Origin: Candidatus Saccharimonadota bacterium | Lineage (GTDB): Bacteria > Bacteroidota > Bacteroidia > Cytophagales > Amoebophilaceae | NCBI RefSeq assembly: GCF_936981045.1 | Contig: NZ_OW441264.1 | Location: 1,105,203 to 1,137,202 of the forward strand | DNA: 32,000 bases | Direction: 5' to 3' | Shown: positions 16,702 to 24,437 of the stretch, one piece after another | Layout: each line of letters opens with the position of its first letter | Position numbering within the stretch: position 1 is the stretch's first letter | Notes under the pieces: generated by a model | Told to the model about the DNA's origin: nothing | Seen by the model: the letters and a program-made list of their open reading frames with translations, nothing else | The model's database searches: none | Program-made: the position numbers and the translations under genes

Positions 16702-17534
16702 GGTTCTGTCGCGTTTATTCTAAAAAATGATTATTTTAGTATCGATATTTAAAAAAGTAGTTATTATGTTTAATATTTCTCCCGAGTTATTACCATATTT
16801 TAAAGGTTATTGTTCTTCATCAGAAGTCATCCTGTTATTTGTATACATGAAGTGTCGTTTTTCCTTGAGCTATAGAGATTTGGAAGAGATGATGCGTATG
16901 AGAGGCGCAAGAGTTGATCATTCTACGCTACAGAGATGGGTTATTAAGTTTGTTCCTCTGATAGATAAAGCAGTAAGAAAAAGAAAACGACCAATTGGTA
17001 GTAGTTGGAAAATGGATGAAACCTATGTTAAACTAAACGGGAAGTGGATCTATTTATATAGAGCAGTAGATCGTTATGGTGATACAGTTGACTTTTTTCT
17101 ATCTGATCATAGAGACAAGTCTTCAACGCTTTCTTTTTTTCGCAAGGCGATCACAGAAAATAATATTCCTAAGAAAGTAGTAATTGACAAAAGCGGTAGT
17201 AATAAAGCTGCCCTTGATGCGATCAATACAGATCTTGATCAAGATCATACCATTCAAATATTGCAAAACAAATATTTGAATAATAGAGTTGAACAAGATC
17301 ATAGGTTTATCAAAAAACGGATAAAACCTATGCTGGGTTTTAAGAATTTTTATTCTGCTTCCATTACTATTTCAGGGATAGAAAACATTCGTATGATTCA
17401 AAAAGGACAAGTAAGAGGAGCTAAAAATCATCTTTCTACTTTTGGGAACTTTGCTATCTTAATGGCCGCATAATATCCAAAATTTGACTTAAACGAAAAA
17501 CCTATACTAAGAAAACTATAGACGCGACAGAACC
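16702..17534 (+). mobile_element. IS6-family insertion sequence, copy D (833 bp)
   Basis: Same termini as the other copies. The IRR end lies 27 bp upstream of the next gene's ATG. Confidence 0.9.
16727..17473 (+). CDS. IS6 family DDE transposase (copy D)
   Basis: 248 aa. V7I is shared with copy E. V90I/R95K/E240G are shared with copy C. Confidence 0.9.
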   Translation: MIILVSIFKKVVIMFNISPELLPYFKGYCSSSEVILLFVYMKCRFSLSYRDLEEMMRMRGARVDHSTLQRWVIKFVPLIDKAVRKRKRPIGSSWKMDETYVKLNGKWIYLYRAVDRYGDTVDFFLSDHRDKSSTLSFFRKAITENNIPKKVVIDKSGSNKAALDAINTDLDQDHTIQILQNKYLNNRVEQDHRFIKKRIKPMLGFKNFYSASITISGIENIRMIQKGQVRGAKNHLSTFGNFAILMAA

Positions 17535-17561
17535 GATCTTATTTCACTTTATTTTTTTGCC

Positions 17562-18779
17562 ATGTCCAATCCATTACCACCTTCCACTTCTGGCACGCAC
17601 AGATGGGCTAGTAGCGATTTACAGGTAGCTACTGAAGTAGTACATGCTGGTGTTAGTCCAGAATCACATACCGGTGCCATTCTTACACCTATTTTTCAAT
17701 CATCCGTATTTGTACAAGAATCAATTGAAACCTATCTAGCAAAGGGGCATTCCTATTCTGGTTCAAGAAATCCTACTGTTGCAGTACTTGAAGCCAAGAT
17801 TGCTACTTTGGAAAAAGCACAAACTGCCTATTGTTTTGGTTCAGGGGTGGCTGCCATTGTCACGACCATGGCAACTTTTTTACGCCATAGGGACCACTGT
17901 ATACTCTCAAATAGTTGTTATGCCACTACACAAGAAGTGGCACGTGACCTTTTTGGCCAACTTGGCGTAACCTGTTCTTTTGTAGATTTTACCAATCTAG
18001 CTGTAATAGAAGCTGCCATACAACCCAATACGAAAGTACTTTTTTCAGAGTATCCGACCAATCCAACGCTTACTTTAACCGATTTAGCTGCGGTTAGTAC
18101 ATTGGCCCAGCAAGTAGGTGCGAAACATGTTTGTGATAGTACACTGGCCTCGCCTATGGTGATTTGTCCATTAACATTTGGTGCAGATATAGTGATTCAA
18201 TCTACCACTAAATACTATGACGGACATAATATGACTATTGGTGGCGCAGCAGCTTGTGCATCTGCAGAAGATGGTCTTTCAATTTTTTCTTATAGGAATA
18301 GGCATGGGAGTATTATGAGTCCTATGGTTGCCTTTTTGACCTTACAATCTATCAAGACCATGCACTTACGCATACGGGAACAGTCTATAAATGCCGCGCA
18401 GATTGCCATATTTTTAGCAGGACATGCTAAGGTAGCAAAGGTGGGGTATCCGGGATTGGCGGATTTTCCGCAAAAATCATTGGCAGATAGACAACATAGT
18501 AATGGGCTACATGGTGGTATGTTATACTTTGTACTGAAAGGAGGAGCGGATGCAAGCAGCAAATTTATGAAGGCACTGCGTCGTCCATGGAGTTTTGGTG
18601 CCAATTTAGGTGGAGTAGAGAGTTTGATTACTTATCCTGCTGTAATGTCTAATGGGACAATGGATGCTATACAACTTCAATCCATTGGTATAAGCGAGGG
18701 TTTTGTACGCGTATCTTGTGGGATTGAAGATATCCAAGATCTTATTGATGCACTTGAAGCAACCTTTAATGCATGCTAA
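17562..18779 (+). CDS. PLP-dependent Cys/Met metabolism enzyme (cystathionine gamma-synthase / beta-lyase / methionine gamma-lyase family)
   Basis: VHAG....TGAILTPIFQSS.F, SGSRNPT, FGSGVAAI, YPTNPTL, and the PLP-lysine block QSTTKYYDGHNMTIGG. The exact subfamily cannot be assigned by eye. Confidence 0.85.
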   Translation: MSNPLPPSTSGTHRWASSDLQVATEVVHAGVSPESHTGAILTPIFQSSVFVQESIETYLAKGHSYSGSRNPTVAVLEAKIATLEKAQTAYCFGSGVAAIVTTMATFLRHRDHCILSNSCYATTQEVARDLFGQLGVTCSFVDFTNLAVIEAAIQPNTKVLFSEYPTNPTLTLTDLAAVSTLAQQVGAKHVCDSTLASPMVICPLTFGADIVIQSTTKYYDGHNMTIGGAAACASAEDGLSIFSYRNRHGSIMSPMVAFLTLQSIKTMHLRIREQSINAAQIAIFLAGHAKVAKVGYPGLADFPQKSLADRQHSNGLHGGMLYFVLKGGADASSKFMKALRRPWSFGANLGGVESLITYPAVMSNGTMDAIQLQSIGISEGFVRVSCGIEDIQDLIDALEATFNAC

Positions 18780-18787
18780 AAGAGATG

Positions 18788-19620
18788 GGTTCTGTCGCGT
18801 CTATAGTTTTCTTAGTATAGGTTTTTCGTTTAAGTCAAATTTTGGATATTATGCGGCCATTAAGATAGCAAAGTTCTCAAAAGTAGAAAGATGATTTTTA
18901 GCTCCTCTTACTTGTCCTTTTTGAATCATACGAATGTTTTCTATCCCTGAAATAGTAATGGAAGCAGAATAAAAATTCTTAAAACCCAGCATAGGTTTTA
19001 TCCGTTTTTTGATAAACCTATGATCTTGTTCAACTCTATTATTCAAATATTTGTTTTGCAATATTTGAATGGTATGATCTTGATCAAGATCTGTATTGAT
19101 CGCATCAAGGGCAGCTTTATTACTACCGCTTTTGTCAATTACTACTTTCTTAGGAATATTATTTTCTGTGATCGCCTTGCGAAAAAAAGAAAGCGTTGAA
19201 GACTTGTCTCTATGATCAGATAGAAAAAAGTCAACTGTATCACCATAACGATCTACTGCTCTATATAAATAGATCCACTTCCCGTTTAGTTTAACATAGG
19301 TTTCATCCATTCTCCAACTACTACCAACTGGTCGTTTTCTTTTTCTTACTGCTTTATCTATCAGAGGAACAAACTTAATAACCCATCTCTGTAGCGTAGA
19401 ATGATCAACTCTTGCGCCTCTCATACGCATCATCTCTTCCAAATCTCTATAGCTCAAGGAAAAACGACACTTCATGTATACAAATAACAGGATGACTTCT
19501 GATGAAGAACAATAACCTTTAAAATATGGTAATAACTCGGGAGAAATATTAAACATAATAACTACTTTTTTAAATATCGATACTAAAATAATCATTTTTT
19601 AGAATAAACGCGACAGAACC
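18788..19620 (-). mobile_element. IS6-family insertion sequence, copy E (833 bp)
   Basis: Same termini as the other copies. The IRR end lies 8 bp after the PLP-enzyme stop. The IRL end cuts a group II intron ORF. Confidence 0.9.
18849..19595 (-). CDS. IS6 family DDE transposase (copy E)
   Basis: 248 aa, with an intact DDE context. Confidence 0.9.
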   Translation of the reverse strand: MIILVSIFKKVVIMFNISPELLPYFKGYCSSSEVILLFVYMKCRFSLSYRDLEEMMRMRGARVDHSTLQRWVIKFVPLIDKAVRKRKRPVGSSWRMDETYVKLNGKWIYLYRAVDRYGDTVDFFLSDHRDKSSTLSFFRKAITENNIPKKVVIDKSGSNKAALDAINTDLDQDHTIQILQNKYLNNRVEQDHRFIKKRIKPMLGFKNFYSASITISGIENIRMIQKGQVRGAKNHLSTFENFAILMAA

Positions 19621-19865
19621 GCTTCACTCGCATTCGTATGTTTAAAATAGTTAACCCATCGTAACACTACTGTTTTATTTGCTCGATGAATGCTTGAGAT
19701 TTGATTGGTGCTCTTCTACAAGTCAGGTATTTTAGTCTATTACGGATGCTTTGTTGGGATTGTTTCGTTGGAAATACATAAATGCTATTTCTGCCACTTG
19801 TTGGACTCTTTCTTTTTGGGGTCCCCTCAGAAAAAGGAAAATAAAGCACGTTAAGGAGCTGCTAA
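19621..19865 (-). pseudogene. Group II intron RT/maturase internal fragment, second copy, frameshifted
   Basis: ..VLYFPFSEGTPKRKSPTSGRNSIYVFPTKQSQQSIRNRLKYLTCRRAPIKSQAFIEQIK, then a 1-nt deletion relative to 7290-7300 (CCAGTA -> CAGTA). Overlaps copy 1 by about 110 bp with several SNPs. Confidence 0.55.
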
Positions 19866-19970
19866 TATTCTTATCCGCCTAAATTTCCTTAGATATGGTA
19901 CTTTTATTAAAAGTGAGTTTGTGTTATATAGCCAACGAAATTGAAAGTGTTATATATTTATTGAACAATA

Positions 19971-20548
19971 TTATTGATTATCATAGATATTAATATATCT
20001 ATAAAAACTTGCTCTAGACATTTTTAATGTTTTACAGATATCATTAATGGCCATACCATGATTCTTGTGCATGTTTTTAGCCATCAATACTTTAGGATCT
20101 GTAGAGGATACTTTTTTTCGGCCACCTTGCTTGCCACGCGCTTGTGCTGCTCTAAACCTGCTCGCGTTCGTTCCTGGACAAGACGGCGTTCGAATTGCGT
20201 TAAAGAGGAAAAGATATTGAAGATTAACTCTCCAGAAGCGGTTGTCGTATCAATAGCCCCGTCACACAAGAATCTAAATCCAATACCTTTTTGACATAAG
20301 TGTTCAATAAGATGAACTAAATGAGGCATCGAGCGACCAAGCCGATCTAATCGCCAGACTAATAGGGTATCACCCGAAGTTAAACTGGCCAAACATTTCT
20401 TTAACCCTGGACGTTCCGCTTTAGCACCTGAGATTTTTTCTATAAAAATCATATTTGTTGCAGAACCTGCTTTTGCAAGCGCGTCAACTTGAGGATGCAC
20501 TTCCTGATCTTGGGTGCTGACTCTGACATAGCCAACTAATTTTGCCAT
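19971..20548 (-). pseudogene. tnpR: Serine recombinase / Tn3-type resolvase with a 1-nt frameshift
   Basis: The N-terminus YVRVSTQDQ carries the catalytic Ser. After ..RTRAGLE the frame is lost near 20148-20152. The shifted frame continues AAQARGKQGGRKKVSSTDPKVLMAKNMHKNHGMAINDICKTLKMSRASFYRYINIYDNQ* (HTH domain). Confidence 0.8.
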
Positions 20549-20838
20549 ATTTTCTTAAAAATACTAAAAAAAATGAGTTTATAGTATTTTTTTTTTTACG
20601 ATCGCAATATGATACAACTAATGAGCTATTTTAGGAGGCTGTTTTAGGTGTCTCAATAAACGCTCGTTTGTTAAGATAAATCTATTCGCAAAATAGGGAA
20701 GCTTATTCAGGAATCTATAATGAATTTAGGGATGCAGTAGAAATTATAATTTTTGGCTGATTTTGTCCCTCTATTCCTAGTTGGTCAATTTGATATCAGT
20801 TGAGAAACCTTATTCCAGTATATTTAATCAAACTAAAC

Positions 20839-21522
20839 ATGCCACGCCGCTCAATCCTTTCTACCATTGATCGTGAAACTCTTCTGGCACTTCCAGATGA
20901 CAAAGAAACACTGATCCAGTATTATACGTTGGATACTCATGACTTATCTGTTATCCATCACCATCGTGGTTCGGCTAATCGACTGGGTTTCGCTGTACAA
21001 CTTTTTTACTTGCGATTTCCTGGCATCATTTTGGGAGTTGGTGAGCGCCCGTCTAACACCTTATTGCAAATAGTTGCATCTCAACTGAAGATTTCAGAAG
21101 AAAATTGGAATAAGTATGGTAAGAGCGAACAGACAAGAAGGGATCATTTGATTGATTTACAAGTTATTTTTAGATTTAAACCTTTCAAGATGAGTCACTA
21201 TAGAGAATCGTTGGATACCTTAACGGAGTTAGCCCTTCAGACAGACAAAGGGATCATTTTGGCCAGCTTGTTGATCGAAACTCTTCGGAAAAAGAGCATA
21301 ATCCTGCCAGTTATAAACGCTATAGACCGAATTTGCTCAGAATCTGTATCTCGTGCTAACCGGCGTATTTATGCATCGTTAACTGATTCTTTACTGCCAT
21401 CTCATCTCCTTCGTTTGGATGAACTGCTAAAGCGCAAAGAGGAGAGTAAAATGACTTGGCTGTCTTGGTTACGGAAATCTCCATCCAAGCCGAATTCACG
21501 TCATATGCTCGAACATATTAAT
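20839..21522 (+). pseudogene. tnpA: Tn3-family transposase, N-terminal ~228 aa only (DUF4158 region)
   Basis: MPRRSILSTIDRETLLALPDDKETLIQYYTLDTHDLSVIHHHRGSANRLGFAVQLFYLRFPG is the typical Tn3 TnpA N-terminus. The ORF is cut by the IS982-like IRL at 21523. It is divergent from tnpR. Confidence 0.8.
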
Positions 21523-21700
21523 AACCTAAGTTCGGGATTAGCTTGTTAAAAAATAGCTTTAAAAAGCTCCTTTGTGTTTTAAATTTGGAGATAAAAAAAT
21601 ACTAACCAGATTATCCAAAGGAGCCAGTTATGAATGTAGAAAAATTAGTTGAAATATATTATGCTGTTGATGAATTTTTCATAAAGTTTATGCCGTATAT
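21523..21700 (+). mobile_element. IS982-like element, left-end fragment (IRL to codon 24)
   Basis: AACCTAAGTTCGGGATTAGCTTG... ATG AAT GTA GAA.. up to ..CCGTATAT, then MITE-A copy 3. It is a perfect inverted copy of 22196-22373. Confidence 0.8.
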
Positions 21701-21932
21701 ACGTGAGTTCGGGATTTATTTAATTGATTTACAAAAATTTAATATCAATTATTTAGTTAATATTTGCACCTATTTAACAAGTTTTTATATCTAATTTTAT
21801 AAATATAATAAACTGATTATCAGAATTATTTATTATTCAACTACCTATTTAACTGTCTATAAAACAAATTTTATAAATTTTTATTAATATTGATTATCAA
21901 ATGAAAAAATAATCTAATCCCGAACTCACGTT
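21701..21932 (-). mobile_element. AT-rich MITE family A, copy 3 (232 bp, small internal deletion)
   Basis: ACGTGAGTTCGGGAT ... ATCCCGAACTCACGTT. It joins two oppositely oriented IS982-like fragments. Confidence 0.85.
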
Positions 21933-22266
21933 AATAACCTGTTTTTGTTTTAGAAAGACTTTGTGTAAAACAGTACAAGGGAACTAACGTTCTTTGGATC
22001 AGTTCTATAAATCTATTCTAGCTTACTAACTTTCCAAATTTACTAGAATGAAATTGCTGTAAATGAATATAATAAGACTTAAAATTTCTAAAACCAATCA
22101 CATGAAAGGCAATAAGAACAGTCATTATTTCACCCAAAGTTAATGAACAAGTTCTAGTGGGTTTTCTTTTAGAGTTGGTTAACAGTTGTTTTTCCATATA
22201 CGGCATAAACTTTATGAAAAATTCATCAACAGCATAATATATTTCAACTAATTTTTCTACATTCAT
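21933..22266 (-). pseudogene. IS982 family transposase, N-terminal fragment with in-frame stop
   Basis: MNVEKLVEIYYAVDEFFIKFMPYMEKQLL...LTLGEIMTVLIAFHVIGFRNFKSYY...FGKLVS*NRFIELIQRTLVPLYCFTQSLSKTKTGY. TAG at 22015-22017 sits where the family has Tyr. No DDE region is present. Confidence 0.7.
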
Positions 22267-22373
22267 AACTGGCTCCTTTGGATAATCTGGTTAGTATTTT
22301 TTTATCTCCAAATTTAAAACACAAAGGAGCTTTTTAAAGCTATTTTTTAACAAGCTAATCCCGAACTTAGGTT
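21933..22373 (-). mobile_element. IS982-like element, left ~440 bp (IRL plus 5' third of transposase)
   Basis: IRL at 22373 (rc AACCTAAGTTCGGGATTAGC). The 3' side is cut by MITE-A copy 3. Confidence 0.8.
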
Positions 22374-22424
22374 ATAAGCATGATGCAAGTCTATGTAGGC
22401 TATAGAGATTGATCTTGAGGTAAG

Positions 22425-23153
22425 GTGATAAAAATCTATAATGATATAGGGGTTTCTAAAGAAAGTGCGCAGCATTGTTTATATAGCCTAAAGTTTTATA
22501 TACCTAAAAGTTATTCAGTAGAGTATGTTTCTGCGTTAGAAATTATAGAAGGGAATGGGCTTGAAGGTACCCGTTTGTTCATTCTGCCAGGAGGAAGAGA
22601 TCTCTGTTATATAGAAAGCTTAGCAGGTAAAGGTAACAAACGCATACAAGATTATGTGTCAGGTGGTGGCAACTTTCTAGGAATCTGTGCAGGTGGTTAT
22701 TATAGTGGGACATATGTAGTGTTTGCGGAAGCTACCCCAATTGAGGTAGTAGGTCCCAGAGCGCTTGGTTTATTTCAAGGCGTCGTAAAGGGACCCGTAT
22801 TAGCGCCCTATTATTATGGATCGCATAAAGGCGCATCTGCTGCACGTGTTCTAATCACTTATAGTACAGATGAAAAAGATTGTTATGTCTATTATAATGG
22901 TGGAGGCTATTTTGTTGATGCGGAAAACATAACAGATACAGTAGTCATAGCTGGTTATACAAATGGAAAAGCAGCTATAATCAAGTGCAGTTATGGTCTA
23001 GGTAGCGTAGTTTTAAGCGGTGTCCACCTGGAGTATGATCCTTGTATGATGCAACACCAAGCCCTTAAGCATATTCGGAACACCTTAAAGCAGTATAATG
23101 AACAAAGAGTGAAGCTGTTTAAACATATATTGGCCCTATTGTCCGTTGGGTAA
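22425..23153 (+). CDS. Stand-alone BPL_N domain protein (biotin-protein-ligase N-terminal, GATase1-like fold)
   Basis: IKIYND.GVSKESAQHCLYSL......Y.V..V.A..I........LFILPGGRDLCY...L.G.GN.RIQDYV..GGNFLGICAGGYY matches the BPL_N pattern. There is no catalytic BirA domain. GTG start. Confidence 0.65.
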   Translation: MIKIYNDIGVSKESAQHCLYSLKFYIPKSYSVEYVSALEIIEGNGLEGTRLFILPGGRDLCYIESLAGKGNKRIQDYVSGGGNFLGICAGGYYSGTYVVFAEATPIEVVGPRALGLFQGVVKGPVLAPYYYGSHKGASAARVLITYSTDEKDCYVYYNGGGYFVDAENITDTVVIAGYTNGKAAIIKCSYGLGSVVLSGVHLEYDPCMMQHQALKHIRNTLKQYNEQRVKLFKHILALLSVG

Positions 23154-23318
23154 TCCTACTGTATTCTATTCAACCTTCGGGAAACACTACCCAAGCAATA
23201 AGCAAAAACACCAATCCATCTAAAAGCTGCAAAACAACACGATATCTTTGCGGCCCCTGGGTAATTTTTTGAAAAACTGCGCGGCTTTGCACAGGGCTTT
23301 ATTTTTTGCTGGAGTATT

Positions 23319-24251
23319 TTACAACACGCGACCGAAGTTCCGCTTCTGCTTTTGGTAGAAGATTACCGCTTTTGTCAGTCGCTCTTTTGTGAAGGCCGGC
23401 CAATATTCATCTGTAAAATATAGCTCTGCATAAGCAGATTGCCAGGGTAAAAAATTACTTATGCGTTTTTGCCCACCTGTACGTATTAGTAGGTCAATAT
23501 CGGGTAATTCTCCTGTATTTAAATGTTCCTTATATATATCTGGTGTAATCTTAACATGATAATCATGTGCAAATTGTATAAAGTCTTCAAAACGAGCATT
23601 ACGATTAAATCCCTTATTTAGAAATGCATGAATTGTTTTCATTAAGCAATCCTTTGCTATAGCCTCTGAGGCAGCTACTGCTTCTGCTTGCCCTCCGTAG
23701 TTGATGGCAACCGTTAAGTGTAACTTAGTATTATCCTTTGTAAGTTCTATTGCCTCTTTTAATTTACTCCAGCAAAAACTAGGTATCCCTTCTGTATCTC
23801 CTACAACACGAAATTTAATGTTATGTTCAGTAAAAAGGTCGATATTCTCATCAATACCTTCAGTAATCACTCTAAAAATGGTATTTATTTCTTGCTCTGG
23901 TCGGTTCCAATTTTCAGTAGAAAAAGCATAGAGCGTTAAATAGGAAATGCCTTCTTCTAAACATGCAGTTATTACCTCATTTACAGCCTTTTTTGCGTTT
24001 TTATGTCCATAAGATCTATCTCCTGTTTCTTTTTTTCCCCATCTGCCATTACCATCCATAATAATCGCAATATGTTTTGGCTTTTTTTGTAAGCTGTGTG
24101 ATGGGTTTGCATCACATTTAGAAGAAGAGGTATACCCAGGCAGTAGTGTGAGTGGTAATATGCAAATTATAAAAATTTTGCTAAATAGATTCGCTGAAAT
24201 AAGGGAAAATGATTTTTTTTTATCTGCCATGATAGGAAACGGGTTACGCAT
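23319..24251 (-). CDS. uppS: Undecaprenyl-diphosphate synthase (cis-prenyltransferase) with N-terminal hydrophobic extension
   Basis: HIAIIMDGNGRW, YLTLYAFSTENWNRP, IRTGGQKRISNFLPWQSAYAELYF. About 60 extra N-terminal residues include a hydrophobic stretch. Confidence 0.9.
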   Translation of the reverse strand: MRNPFPIMADKKKSFSLISANLFSKIFIICILPLTLLPGYTSSSKCDANPSHSLQKKPKHIAIIMDGNGRWGKKETGDRSYGHKNAKKAVNEVITACLEEGISYLTLYAFSTENWNRPEQEINTIFRVITEGIDENIDLFTEHNIKFRVVGDTEGIPSFCWSKLKEAIELTKDNTKLHLTVAINYGGQAEAVAASEAIAKDCLMKTIHAFLNKGFNRNARFEDFIQFAHDYHVKITPDIYKEHLNTGELPDIDLLIRTGGQKRISNFLPWQSAYAELYFTDEYWPAFTKERLTKAVIFYQKQKRNFGRVL

Positions 24252-24437
24252 CTAATATAAGTATCTTCTTTTTATCTTAAATCAACATTATCCAACACAA
24301 AAAAAGTATAGAGGTAGGGTCTCATGAACTACTGGTGAGGAAGCAGGCGCAATTTAATAAAAAATATAATGCGGCCAAAAGGTAATTTGATATATTTTCC
24401 TGTATAATTGTGCACAGTAGTTGATAGGAAGAATGAT

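Noticed and set aside
18703-18894. 63-aa ORF spanning the end of the PLP-enzyme gene into IS6 copy E
   Set aside because: It is out of frame with the PLP enzyme, crosses the IS terminus and has no motif support.
7586-19620. Regularly recurring identical sequence blocks that could be mistaken for a CRISPR array or tandem repeat
   Set aside because: The units are 833 bp, encode a DDE transposase, have terminal inverted repeats and occur in both orientations. They are insertion sequences, not CRISPR repeats.
20058-20294. 78-aa plus-strand ORF
   Set aside because: It is antisense to the resolvase gene, and the resolvase reading is strongly supported by the YVRVSTQDQ and HTH motifs.
21933-21945. 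TAATAACCTG next to MITE-A copy 3 resembling the TAATAACCTGAGT junction at 15668-15680
   Set aside because: At 21933 the sequence is explained as the in-frame continuation of the IS982 transposase pseudogene (..KTGY). The resemblance is short and probably coincidental.
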